A stretch of 64,000 bases of DNA from Isurus oxyrinchus (taxonomy: Eukaryota): positions 1,240,001 through 1,304,000 of the forward strand of contig JANJGN010000089.1 of the NCBI GenBank assembly GCA_026770705.1, written 5' to 3'. Under the pieces are notes generated by a model. The model was not told where the DNA came from, ran no database searches, and saw only the letters and a list, made by a program, of their open reading frames with translations. Positions 11,560 through 23,945 of the stretch are shown one piece after another. Position 1 is the stretch's first letter. Each line of letters opens with the position of its first letter. A program made the position numbers and the translations under genes.

Positions 11560-14500
11560 GCCTTTAAGCTTAAAATTTTTGATAGCACATTTGCAATCAT
11601 ATTTTCTCCAGCAGACGTATGTAAAATGGTAAAAACAAAAAGCTGCGGATGCTGGAAATCCAAAACAAAAGCAGAATTACCTGGAAGAACTCAGCAGATC
11701 TGGCAGCATCGACGGAGGAGAAAAGAGTTGACATTCCGAGCCCTCATGATCCTTCAACAGAACTGATCTTTCTTTACAAGGGGAGGGAAATATATTAATG
11801 TATTAAACCTTATAATCTTGTAATTTCATCACTCCTGACATAAGGACAAGATGTCTGCTCCCTAAAACTAGTTCGGAATTTCACCTTGTAACCTAGGCAA
11901 CCATTTCTCTCAACTAGATTGGTGCAGATATAACAAGTCTAAAAATTTGTGTTGCTAGTGCCCCACTAGAGCTATACCTTGAGTGCCCTACCATCCATTC
12001 CTAATTAGCACATTCGTTTAGATTATATCACCAAAGTCAATACTTCTGTGTTCTTTTGTTCTTTTGTCTGTGACATCTTTTAATGATCTGCTCCTATACT
12101 AACACTTCCCCCAATTTATTGCCCCCCCCAACCTTAAAACAGCTTATATGTCCCTCTCCTTGTAAAGAAAGATCAGTTCTGTTCAAGGTTCATGAGGACT
12201 CAAAACCTCAACTCTTTTGTTCTCCGCCGATGCTGCCAGACCTGCTGAGATTTTGCATGTAAAATGGTGACAGTAATAAACTCTAACTGAACATTCTTGC
12301 ACTTTGGTCACGAAATTTGTCAAGAGCCTATCAAGTTTTGTGGTCTCTAATAGCAATTTGTTTCTCATTAATTGACTTCAATATAAATGTCAAAATGATG
12401 CAACGCTTACAGCAAACTCAAAATTATCCTCTATGATATTTGAATAACTTTTCTTCTGTAAATTCAGCTTGGTGAAAAAAAAAACCTTTGTCTGTTTTAT
12501 TTTTAATTCCATTTCATCTTCTGGCAACAACAAGGCCCAAATGCCTATGTTGCTTGTAAATACGGCCAACATAAAGTGCTTAGCGGAATTTGGTAGTGCC
12601 AAACGTGTGATTTAGTTCATACAATTTTCAAACCGTCAATCGCCTGCTGACACTCCTGTGCTCATTGAAAATCCCTGTTCTTTTTGACTAGTTTAGTCAG
12701 TGGAGAAACCACGCTCCTAAAAGTAGCTACAATTTCCCAGTAAATCGCACTCATGCCCACGATCGTCTTGAATTTCACATCTCACGGTGCCACATTACCG
12801 TATCCAATGATATGGCCTAGATATGCAACGTGTAATTTTGCAAATTCAGTTTTAGACGAGTTTATCACGAAATTGGTTTCTTCTAATCGAGTCAATAATT
12901 ATTTCAGATATTGTAAATGCCCTTCCCATATCTGAGTGAAAGCTGTCAAAACGTCAATATAAAGAGTAAAATTGTTCAGGACTGCAATCACTTTGTATGC
13001 TGATCTCCAAAATATCGCAGTTGTGTTCTTCAAGCCAAACTTTAAACTGATATAGTCCATGCGGCATCACAAAAGACGATATTTCCTATGCTCTCTCCAA
13101 TAACAGTACTTGCTAATATTCTTTCGTAAGTAAATCTTTCTAATGACTTTCGATTGTCTGACTTTCATAATGGCATTTTCAACCGATGTATAGGTTATGA
13201 ATCTGCTTTTTCCACCCCATTAACTTTTTGATAGTCCACAGTAATAGCCGATGTGTTCCATTCGCCTTCAGTGCCAGCACAATAGATAAACTCCAGTTAC
13301 CAGTAAATTTATTTCTGTACATGTGATGAAGTTGCCGGTTTAAATCTGGGTGGATTTTGCCTTATTGAAGCTGAAACTTCTACAGGCACATCACGTATAG
13401 CTCAATCTGTCCGTGCCAGTGTATTCCCACAGGTAGATTTGTGGAGCTGCAATCGCTGTTCCAAATCACTTCGGTATTTGCCTGGAGGGTATTTCAATGT
13501 TACATTTAAATTTATAAGTGCCCATTCATTACACAATTTGATTAGAGGAAAATCAATTTTAGTGTCCTGCATTTTGACCTCTTTCTCATTGTATACGGTC
13601 GCTAATACCTCCTTTTTTTCCTCTTCCCTGCCAAAGAAGTTTTTAAGCATATTTACAAGATACATTTTCAGCTTTACCTGCAGTATTATTAAAAAAAATG
13701 TTTCACACAGTTCCTTTTCAACCCTGAAAGGCCTACTAAATGTTATCTTTAACGAGTGGCCTTGTGCTAGTAACAGACCTAGCACTTTCTCTCCAGCTAC
13801 GAAAATACAAGCTGCAGATTCTCCACCTGCTATATTTCTATAACTTGAAGTGGTATCTTAAAATTTTTGTCAGCTAACTCACATGCTCTAACCAATCTGT
13901 TTGTGAAGTTTGATACTTAATCCAGCAGAGTATTTTAGCATTTTTATCTGCCAATTTCTCAAGAATCAGTTTCAATAGTTCCCTAATCTGAGGACCATAC
14001 ATTATTTCAAAAGTACTTAAACAAAGCTGTGCAATAGGACCGTCCCTGTTAACAAATAACAATAATTGAATTCCTCCCATCGAAATCCTGTGGATAGTCC
14101 TGACAGTACACGCACATCGTAGGCTTAGAGTTTGATGCAATCTTTCCAAAGTCCCTTGCGACTCCAGATGATAATCTGTTCATTTAAATACTTTTATCCT
14201 CAAACGGATCATTACTTCCTTAAAGAGCTGTGGCATGATTTTGACCCTTGATCTGATGAATTTCCTGAGATAAACAATACCTTTTTAAAGAAAAGCAAAC
14301 TCTTTTACAATTTTATCGCAGTAATATTTCTCAGGGGAATTACTTCAGGCAACCTGATGGACTCTTAAATTATTGTCAGTGAGTAGTGGTTTGTACTTTT
14401 AGCCTGAGAGGGCAGACATACACAATCAATCATGACCAATAAACGTTTATTTAAATGCTGGAGATGGGATTAAATGTGTCGACATAATCAATGCTTGTGG

Positions 14501-14640
14501 TTTCCATATCAACTGATATGTGTTGGCACGTTCCATTCCATATGGAATGCAGTCCATTAAATATGCCTTTGTACTATTGCCTGTGTGGTAATAGCTCCTC
14601 TTAACTGGTTTCTCATACACTTGACTCCAGGTCCACAATA
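11560..14640 (-). mobile_element. Ty3/Gypsy LTR retrotransposon pol remnant with Gmr1-type order integrase-RT-RNase H
   Basis: Reading minus strand: KPQALIMSTHLIPSPAF...YHLESQGTLERLHQTL (INT, ~14520-14120); VNMLKNFF (INT C-terminus); FVMPHGLYQFKV..FGLKN and YIDV at 12961-12950 (RT, degenerate YIDD); FFTKLNLQKKSYS and GENMIANVLS (RNase H, degenerate ADALSR). Confidence 0.9.
11631..12256. mobile_element. Penelope-like insertion with inverted terminal segments and a 12-bp TSD
   Basis: atgtaaaatggt occurs at 11619-11630 and 12257-12268; ~11690-11795 is the reverse complement of ~12145-12250. Confidence 0.85.
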
Positions 14641-14677
14641 CAGCTTGATTCTTAAGTGAAATGTGAATGACAAGTCT

Positions 14678-15030
14678 TGGAGTCATAGAGGTCTGCAGAA
14701 CAGAAAACAGGCCCTTCTGCCAATCAATTCTGCCCCAGCTAATGAAGTACCTACCTATTCTAACCCCATCGTCCAGCGCTAGAACTATAGCCTTGTATGC
14801 CAAGGCTTTGTAAGTGCACATCCAAAAGCTTCTTAAATGTTGAGTTTTTCTGTCTCTACCACCCTTTCGGGAAGTGAGTTCCAGTTTCCCACCATCCTCT
14901 AATTGAAAATATTCTTCCTCACATCCCCTCTAATCCTCCTGCCCTTTTTTTAAATCTATGCTGCCTGGTTATTGATCCTTCAACCTTGGAGAAATATATA
15001 TTCCCTATGTTGCCTATTTATGCCCCTCAG
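14678..15030 (-). mobile_element. CR1 LINE 3' end fragment
   Basis: gagtcatagaggtctgcagaacagaaaacaggcccttctgcc matches the other CR1 3' ends in the window. Confidence 0.8.
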
Positions 15031-15500
15031 GGATTATGCTTTGATTATATCTTGTTGTAGATGGTCATTGCCTGGCACTTGTGCAGCACATGTTTTACTT
15101 GCCACTTGCCATCCCATGTTTGGCTCATGTCCAGGTCTTGCTGCATTAGGACATGGGCTGCTTCAGTATCTGTAGAGTCGTGGATGGTTCTAAACATTGT
15201 GCCATCATCTGCGGAAATCCCCACTTCTGGACTAATTATGGATGGAATGTCATTGATGAAGCAACTGATGATGGTTGAGCCTAGGACATTACTGCAGGAT
15301 TTCCCACAGTGAGCCCCTGGAGCTGGAATGATTGAACAGCAACAACCATAACCATTTCCCTTTGCGCTAAGTTAGTCTACAACCAGCAAGAGTTTTCCCC
15401 TGATTCATCTTTACTCCATTTTTTGTGGAGTTCCTGTATGCCACACTCGGTCAAACATGGCCTTGATAGTAAGTGCAGTGACTGTCACCTAACTTCTCAG
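15030..15500 (-). mobile_element. Family A LINE RT fragment
   Basis: catcatctgcggaaatccccacttctg is the reverse complement of EVGISADD; homologous to 23500-23945. Confidence 0.8.
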
Positions 15501-15529
15501 CTTTGAACCATCAGCCTTCCACAGTTTGG

Positions 15530-16756
15530 AACTAGATGAGTGAGTGAAAACCGAACCAACAGGCAGTTAATCACTACCTAGAAGGATTGGTAATGTAGGA
15601 GAGCTTTCTTCCAGCTGGCAGCATGTCAGAATCCTTGAGGAAAAGCATCACTACCCTTATCTACAAGCGGAAGGGGGAAAAGGGGAACGTTAAAAATTGG
15701 CTACCCATTTTTCTGCTGATTGTGGACAATACTGTTATTTCCAAGGTAATTGCCAAGTGTGTCAGATCTGCTCTGGCATTGGTGATCCACCCTGAACAGA
15801 CTTGTGCTATACCTGGCAGTAAGATGCCTGATAGTCTCCAGTTACTATGGGATAAAATTACCTATGTGCAGGACAGAGGAATGAACACGAGTCTCATCAG
15901 CCTGAACCAGGACAATACCTGTAAAAGCATAGCGCACACAGACACGGTGGAGCTGATCTCCAAAATGCGGTTTTGGTGAGGGAATCCACAATTGGATCAA
16001 ACCATTCTACACAAACATCAGTAGCACAGTTTCAATCAGAAAGGAACATTAGCAAGGTTTCCAAATAAATCTGGACTCAGAAAATGCTGCTCTCCCTTCA
16101 CTGCCCTGTTCCTGTGTTGCTTCGAATTCTTAGTTGAGTGTATAAGGAAGGATTCGGAAATAAGAGAACTGATTAACCCCGGCAGTGGAAGCTCTCAGGT
16201 CAAAGCCTCACTGTACATGGATGATGTTGCAGTCCTCTGTGCATTACAAAGACTGATATACATCTGTGACCACTTCGAACTGTGCTGGGGTGCCAAGCTA
16301 TGATCATTGGCGACAGGGATAAACAAAAGTTTGTCCCTTACACCGTCAGGTCAGACTGCCTGAAAGTGATGGGGATATGGCTCGGAGGGACCCTGGCATA
16401 CGTCCAAAACTGCAAGGAGTGAGAACCCATGGCAAAGAAAACAACATAGGCATGTGTGAGTGATGCTCCCTCTCCAATGAATGTAAGGAGCTAATCGTCA
16501 GGGATGAGGCACCTTTGTTGTTGCTGCACATGACGTAGGCCTGGCTTATTCCTCACTCCTGCGTTGCGCCAGCCACGCAACCATCTTCCTCTTTATCTGG
16601 AGGCCAAAGATGGCAGGTGCTGGCAGGGCCACGATGTATGCATCCCTAGATCAATGGGAAAAAACCTTCCCCAAAGTGGCCCTCATTCTGATGTCAACAT
16701 TTGTGGTTGCCTGTGCCAAGCTTTGCGTAAAGACTCGGAGCGAAAACACCAAGTGT
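15530..16756 (+). mobile_element. Tx1/L1-clade LINE RT remnant
   Basis: ORF 15623-15979 ITTLIYKRKGEKGNVKNWLPIFLL...VIHPEQTCAIPG; LYMDDV (ctgtacatggatgatgtt) near 16211. Confidence 0.85.
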
Positions 16757-17337
16757 CATGAAAAAAAAACTAAGCAGATGTCGAGTGAAGAAAGTAAATG
16801 ACAATTTATAGTAAGGGAGAATTTACCATAAGAGAGTGAATTACTTAGCTAAGAATCGAAAGACAGACCCGCGCAAATCAGTGAATCAACAATTAAACAG
16901 TTCCAACAGATGAACCTTAGACACAATCAAACTTTGTACACCTTCAGGGTTTGTAATCACGAGCAACGTCCCGGATGTTAGACTGGAGTCAGAGGATGGC
17001 AATAGTCTAGATTAAGTGTGGTCTTCAAGAGATAGGGGAAGAACAGATGATCCCAGCTCAGATAGGATGGAAATTATCTGCCTGGGTGAAAATAGGGACA
17101 TACGATGCATGTTACCAGAGATGTCTGTTTAATGTAAATCCATATGTTGATGAGAACCGAATCTGGAAACTGTTCTTGGACATGAACAATGATGTGTAAA
17201 TAGTTTGAACGTTTGTAATTTAGCAGAGTACTATCTGAAGCTGCATTGAAATGGTTCTCCAGTTGCAATTTGTCGAATAAAGGAACGTGATCTGTAACTG
17301 AGACTCCTGTGGTCCGTTTGTAAAATTGACTACATCA
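16754..17337 (+). mobile_element. Putative 5' LTR of an ERV/LTR element
   Basis: Begins TG where Tx1 homology stops, AATAAA at 17276-17281, ends ...acatca, then a PBS-like 18-mer 3 nt later. Confidence 0.55.
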
Positions 17338-17340
17338 GTA

Positions 17341-17358
17341 CGACGTAATTGGCAGGAT
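17341..17358 (+). promoter_or_regulatory. Primer-binding site, tRNA-Ser type (degenerate)
   Basis: CGACGTAATTGGCAGGAT matches 14/18 of TGGCGTAGTCGGCAGGAT (complement of the vertebrate tRNA-Ser 3' end); splice-donor-like GGTGAGTA follows at ~17396. Confidence 0.65.
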
Positions 17359-17889
17359 ACCTGGATCAGATCCTCGGGATAGCTCTGCAAAGTGGGTGAG
17401 TATGTTTATTTACCTACCATAGATAGAGCAGTAAGCCTACCGGAGAACAATCCAGTCGAGTATCGAAGGAACCAGGAGAGGACTCAGGTCAGGAGATAGG
17501 AGGCTCCACGGTAGGAGGCTGAGCCATGCAGGCGGGCTAGCGGTGGCAAAGCCGAGCAGGATGGCGAGACCGCAATTAAGAGGAGGGGGAGACGTGCTGG
17601 CGTGTAATGGTTTGAAATATAAGCATGACCGAACCTGCGAAAGAAGGCAAGACCCCAGTAAAGAGTAGGGGGAGCCGTGCTGACGTGTTACAGTTTGAAA
17701 TGTAACCATAAACGAAGCCGGGTAGGAAGGCCAGACCACAGTGAAATAAGTGAAACCGCACATACTGCTAGTAACTAGGTTTTTAGGGCCACGCGAACGT
17801 ACCACACAGAGATAGAGTGCAATAAGTACAGAGTGCCACCAGCGAAAGAGGATCCCGCTATTTAACCCGACTGCAGAACCGCAAACTGC

Positions 17890-19260
17890 ATAATGAGATT
17901 TATAAAGGAACAGAAGGCAAAACTAATTATAAAAATGCAGAAGGAATTGTGGAACCCACAGGGAAACACCGGAGAGCATGACAGTGGTGGACAGAGAAGA
18001 AAAAGGAGAAGGAAAATAAAACAAAAGCAGAATTACCTGGAAAATCCCAGCAGGTCTGGCAGCATTGACGGAGAAGAAAAGAGGTGACGTTTCGAGTCCT
18101 CATGACACTTCAACAGAACTAAGGAAAAGAATGGTCGATGGTTATTATCACCTTATATCTGCAGTTGTGTAGATGGGTTAATACGATGTTCCAGTCGATT
18201 AGAGAGAGAGAGAGAAAGTCAGATTCAGGACAGACCAGAACAAACCAGTGGTGGAAGCTTTTAATGAGACTGATCAAGAGGAGGAGAGCTCCAAAGGAGA
18301 AATCTAGGAGGGAGTTGAGGCCTGCCCACTGCACCCTTTGAATCCCATGGCCCTTAAACAGTAACTGTTAGGAAAAGTAAAGTCAGTGAAGGCAAATTAA
18401 AAACCAAAGGGAGAAAGGAGGCAGAGGAATGGGGGTTGGGGGGGGGGGGTGGGTGTTGGGGGGTTAGGGGGTGGTGGTGGAATGAGGATATTGAGAGGGT
18501 TATTGAGAAATTTAAGCACGTACCAATCAGCCAGGGGAGAACCAGATTTTGCTTAAAAAACTAATGAGACTTAAAATTCGGCATAACAACCCAGATTTTT
18601 GGACCAAACTCTGGGAAATGCAAGGTTTCCATGCAATGCAACACCTTGATTCCCACACAATTGTGAAGGTAAAGTGCCCAGGGGGTATTTGGGTAAAATT
18701 GCCCCGATAATATATAGGTGGGGATTGGGCGAAACCTGGTGACATCCCAGACATGGAGAAGGCGACAGCCCTGCACAGGGACTTTGAGGAGGTATTTAAG
18801 GAAGATTTCGGGGATGAAGAGACAAATTGGTGGTGCATAACATCCGTTGTACAGAAGATGGCTGAGTCCATAATGGACTACGCAGAGCGGAAGTGGGAGA
18901 CGTCTGTACAGCTTTCCGGACAACCGCATCCCATGCGAGATAACGAGATTTTCCTGAAAATATGCAAGGACGATTGGGATGCAAAAGGTCTGCTACTGAA
19001 CTTTCTGTAACTTAACCAATGGTTTTATTGCTACAAGAGATGCTTGTGATGAAGTGAAGGAGAGAGAGAAAGGGAGAAAAGGGGTGTACCCCGAGTGAGT
19101 TAATAAGCTTTGCCAGGCAGTACCAGGGGAAATGTGAAATTTCGTCCGTTTGATGGTCCCTGTAGGTGGAGCATTCAAGAACCCTCCATTCCAAGAACCT
19201 TCCGCCAGTGGGGAAATTGACGAGCTCAACTCCAAAAACTTAATCATTAAAATTAATGAT
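17890..19260 (+). pseudogene. Gag-like remnant of the ERV/LTR element
   Basis: Broken frames downstream of the PBS, e.g. ...FKEDFGDEETNWWCITSVVQKMAESIMDYAERKWE (Q-x3-E-S-x2-DY-x2-R, capsid-like); purine-rich, charged composition. Confidence 0.5.
18017..18120 (-). mobile_element. 104-bp Penelope terminal fragment with 8-bp TSD
   Basis: aaggaaaa at 18009-18016 and 18121-18128; closely similar to 11660-11765. Confidence 0.8.
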
Positions 19261-21714
19261 CGGAAAGTAAACATAAGAGGTTTCTATTCTGTACGTGTCC
19301 CCTTGCATGTTGAAAGGAACATCCCTCATGGACAGTGCGATATTGACTCATCCATTGAAGAATGTAAACGTGTTTTGGATTGTAATTACATAACTTAAAC
19401 TTGCGGACTTATGTGGCGACACCTCGACATGACTCGGCATTATTATTACTTACAATTATACTGCTCTTGAATTAACAATACCGGTGATATCCGTATATGA
19501 ATGCTTTTGCTATCAGTCAACAATAAAAGATGTTATCTACTCTAATATAAATAGTGGGAAACATATTATAAACTTATCCACGCTGATGTTAATGTATTAT
19601 TAGCAATATAAACTCCACTCAACCACAGGGATGCTCTGCTCTTACATTATTTGCCTTGAAATACAAGCAGTAAATTCTGAGAATACACAGCAGATCTTCT
19701 AGCATCACTGGAGTGTGAATCAGAGTTAATGTTTCAGTTAAAAGCAAGCATTCTATTTCTTATTCCACATTTCCAACCATCGCAGAAGTTTGTTTTCAAA
19801 TTGTTGAGTCTGATCCCATTCCAGAATTTTGACTGTGACCATACTTTCGTGCTCATGATGGTGACATTGGCATAACATCATTGGTGGTAACCCAGCTGCC
19901 TCGTTACAGGTCAGGCTCAACTTTTAATCGTGATATCCTTTCAGTAACATTACTCTTGGGGATGCAACCATAAAACTTTACTGATTGTGAATGTAACTTC
20001 ACTGAGCAAGTCCCTACACGACCATTTATCAATCTACCATTTCTAGCTGTAACCGAACTCTAACGTTACTGTTGAGGCTTGTAAGCTACGTTAATCGTGA
20101 TGGCACCATTGACACATTTTTGAAGTCCTTCCGACTTTGTTTTCTGGTTTTGTTTCATTTCCTTCCCAAATAAGATCACCTGATTTTAAGTTAACGTTCT
20201 GCGATGTCAGAGTAATAAAGTTAAACTTTAATCAGTGCTCTGGTTAAAATGGATAAAACTCTATTGTATGAAAATGATGCTGCTTGCAACCTTCTAATTC
20301 ACATTGAGAGAATGTTTAATTCTTTGCATAATTATCATGACACACGTACTCTTGGGCATAACTAAAAGACGGATAAAGAAAATGCAAATACACTTACAGT
20401 TTGTAATTGTGCTTGGGGAATGAAAGGGGGTGGCGACATGTCACTGAAAAATTGCTGATAGATCAGAGAAGTCTATTAATCGCACACATTTAATGCAAGA
20501 GGAAAAATATTATTCTTGAATATGCATAGCTGATAGTGAAGTTTACACCTGATAACTGAACACAAAGTGAAATCACAAAATGAAATGGCACTTCAACGAT
20601 CTGGAGAACTTTACCACTTCCAATTGCCAAGACACCGATTGTGCATCACACCAACACAAAACCCACATGTTTTTCAAACATGTACCAATCACGTAAAATG
20701 TCGTTAGGTTTTTCTGAAGCAGCCACTTTTTGGCATTTAACAGCGGTTAATTCACGGACGCTGCTCTCTATCTTGCAACCAGGTGAAAAGACTCCTTGTG
20801 TTTAATAAGTGACCGGTCACTAATTATTTCATTTAAATTCTGTTTCTTCATTCCACTTGCTACAAATCAAAAGCCACTGTGAGTGGCGAGTGCCATCCGA
20901 ATTTAAATCGCAATTTGCAGAAGTTGTTAGCAGTTTAACAACATTGCGGCGACGCTTGTATGATCTTTAGCATCAGCATGATTTTCATTTTGAACCCTGC
21001 AGTGCCGCGCCGAGCTCGTACACAGAGACCACCCGTCCTCCACAATTATCACTGCAACACACAACAGGCCACCGCAGCGCAAGGAAACTGGTATTTTAAC
21101 CTTCCCAGGGTTTACTCTGTAAATCAATGAGGAAATAAGAGGGAGATTGGTGGTAGGAACATCTTCCATCCCTCTGAAACATACAAAAAAAGATAGCTGG
21201 AATTTGCCCTGGCAGATATTTAATATAGAGCCAGTTAATGCTGGAGATGTGGGTCTGAGAGCTTCTGTGAGCAGAGGCAACAGAATTAATCGTTTCAGGT
21301 CGGTAACCTTTTGTCAAAACTGTCAGATTTATTTCATCTTTCTGCTTAATGTGCAGTAAGTTTGATTGTCCACAAAACAATCTGCGGAATTACTACCGCC
21401 ATGATCAAGTTTCAAGCCTTTTGGGGGCTGGGGCGGAGTGATCTGATTTTTGTGTTAGAGGGGGGCGGTGGTACCTGGGGCATATGATGGGGCCGGGGGC
21501 TTCCAGCTATGTCTTAAATTGTATAAAACAAATTACACCTTATTGGCTGGGAATCAATAACCTGAAGCAAATGTTGTGCATGCACTTTATATGTAAAATG
21601 GATATGAATCTCTCCGAGTGCAGCTGCCTTCCATTGTTCTGATTATTATTTGTTGTGCAATTTTTTTCCCCCAGTTAATGAGCAGGTTTGGTGACAGAGC
21701 ATTAAAGCAAAGTT

Positions 21715-22320
21715 ACCCATAGAAATATAGAATGGTTGCAGCAATGAAGGAGGCCATTCAGCACATTGACTCTCTGTCGGTTCTCTGCAATAACAACACA
21801 GCCAGTGCCAGTACTCTTGCTTTTACATGGAGCCCTGAAAATATTTTATTTTCAGAAAATTTTCCAGTTCCATTTTGAAAACTGTAATTGAAATGCCCCC
21901 ACCATACACTCGGGCAGTGGCTTCCAGATTCAAGCTACTTGTGGCATAAAGAGCCTTTTCCTCATGTCGCCTCTGGATATTTTGTTAATCGCTTTAATTT
22001 TCTCGACCCCTTGCCGATTGGAAAAGTTCTTTTTTTACCAGTTACACTATCGAGAGCCCTCATGATTTTTTGCACATCTACAAATATTCCCTCAACATTC
22101 TCCTGTCGAAGGAGAACAGCTTTGCTCATCTATCCGCATAATGGAAATCTCTCATCCTCGAAATCATTCTCATAAATCAAATAATAATCCGCTTGAAGTC
22201 TATCATTAACCTCCTCACAATTCACAATACTTCCAAGTCTTGCACCATCCTTAAATTTTCAAATTATGCTCTGCACACCTAGATTATTGAAATCAATCAA
22301 GAACACCTGTGGGTCCCCTT
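21715..22320 (-). mobile_element. CR1 LINE 3' fragment(s)
   Basis: catagaaatatagaatggttgcagcaatgaaggaggccattcagc is a CR1 tail; ttgcaccatccttaaatttt is a degenerate KFADD in reverse. Confidence 0.65.
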
Positions 22321-22779
22321 ATATATCGCCAGCACCCGGCAGTCTGAAATAAGTAATGTTTTCTGTAATTCATGCTTCATTAGGTCTGAATTCAATTATT
22401 AACTGTGGCATAATGAAATTCTAGTTATGCTAATGACTAACAATTCACAACGCCACATGTATGGAAATAAATTGCTTCCGTGAACTCATACTGTTCACTA
22501 AGAAGCATAGTGTTACTGAAACTTGTGGGCTCAAATTATTAACACAGACGTAAAGAATGTAAGTATAGATTCAGAAATGAGATGAACAACTTGTTTGATT
22601 AGGGTCCCTGCACCTCAGCAGCTCTCAATTCATCAATGCATTTGGATCAGCCATAGTGGTATTAAAAGTACATCAAGTCGCAATTTATATAGCACCTCGA
22701 AAATATTAAATAAGGACGTCGTGTGCACTCAGCACAAAACTCCAATACCATGTGCCACTAAAGAATTTGATGACGAAGA

Positions 22780-23945
22780 ATTATTTGTATTCATTTACGG
22801 GATGTGGGCTTCCCAGTATCAATCTGAATTAATTATCTATCCTTAATTGCACTTTAGAAGGTGGTTGTGAGCTGCCATCTTGAATCACCGCACACCTTGT
22901 GATGAAGGTACACTAACAGTGCTGTTAGGAAGGCAGTTCCAGGGTTTTGACCCAGTGACAGTGAAGGAATGGCGACGTATTTCCAAGACAGGATGGTAAG
23001 TAACTTGAAGGGAAACATTCAGCTGGTGGTGTTCTCACGTATCTGTTGCCCTTTTCCTTCTGGATAGTAGTGGTCCTTTGCTTCGTATGTGCTGACTTAG
23101 CAGCTTTGGTGAATTCCTGCAATACATCTTGTAGCTGGTACACACTGATTCTACTGTGAGTCGATGGTGCGGGGAGTGAATGTTTGTGGATGATGTTCCA
23201 ATCGGACGGGCTGTTTGTCTTGGATGGTGTCAATCTTCTTAAGTGTTGTTGGAGATGCACTCATCCAAGCAAGCGAAGAGTATTCCATCACATCCCTGAC
23301 TTATACCCTGCTGATTGTGGAAAGGCTTTGGGGAGGAATAAGATGACTTACTCACAGTAGGATTCCTAGCCTCTGACCTAGTCTCACAGCCACAGTAATT
23401 AAATGGCTAGTCCAGTTCAGTTTCTGTTCAATAGGAATCCCCAGGATGTTGATAGAAGGGAATTCGTTTTTGCATGGCATTTAACGCCAATGGACAATGG
23501 TTGGATTCTTTTTTGCTGGAGATGGTCATTGTCTGGCGTTTGTGTGATACGAATATCACTTGGTATTTGTCAGCCCAAGCCTGAACACTGTCCAGGCCTT
23601 GTTGCATTTGGACATGGGCTGCTTCAGTGCCCGTGGAGTTGCCAATAGTGCTAATCATTGTGCAATCATCTGCGAACATCCCCACTTCTGACCTTCTGAT
23701 GGAAGGAAAGTCATTGATGATGTAGCTGAAGATCGTTGGACCAACTACACGATCCTGATGAACTCTTGCAGTGATGTCCAGGAATTGAGATGATTGAGCT
23801 ACAGCAACCACAACCATGTTCATTTCTGCTTTGCATTATTCCAATCAGCAGAGAGTTTTCCCCCTGGTTCCTTTTGACTCCAATTAAGCTCGGGATCCTT
23901 GACGCCAGACTCGGTCAAATGCTGCCTTGATATAAACAGCACCCA
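22780..23945 (-). mobile_element. Family A LINE, RT to 3' end
   Basis: ORF 23428-23823 GPTIFSYIINDFPSIRRSEVGMFADDCTM...QAWADKYQV; 3' tail near 22785. Confidence 0.9.

Noticed and set aside
21424-21495. Faint tRNA-Pro(AGG)-like sequence (similar faint candidates at ~57470-57540, ~53940-53980 and ~63665-63720)
   Set aside because: Identity by eye is too low, especially in G-rich sequence, to support a call without a covariance-model search
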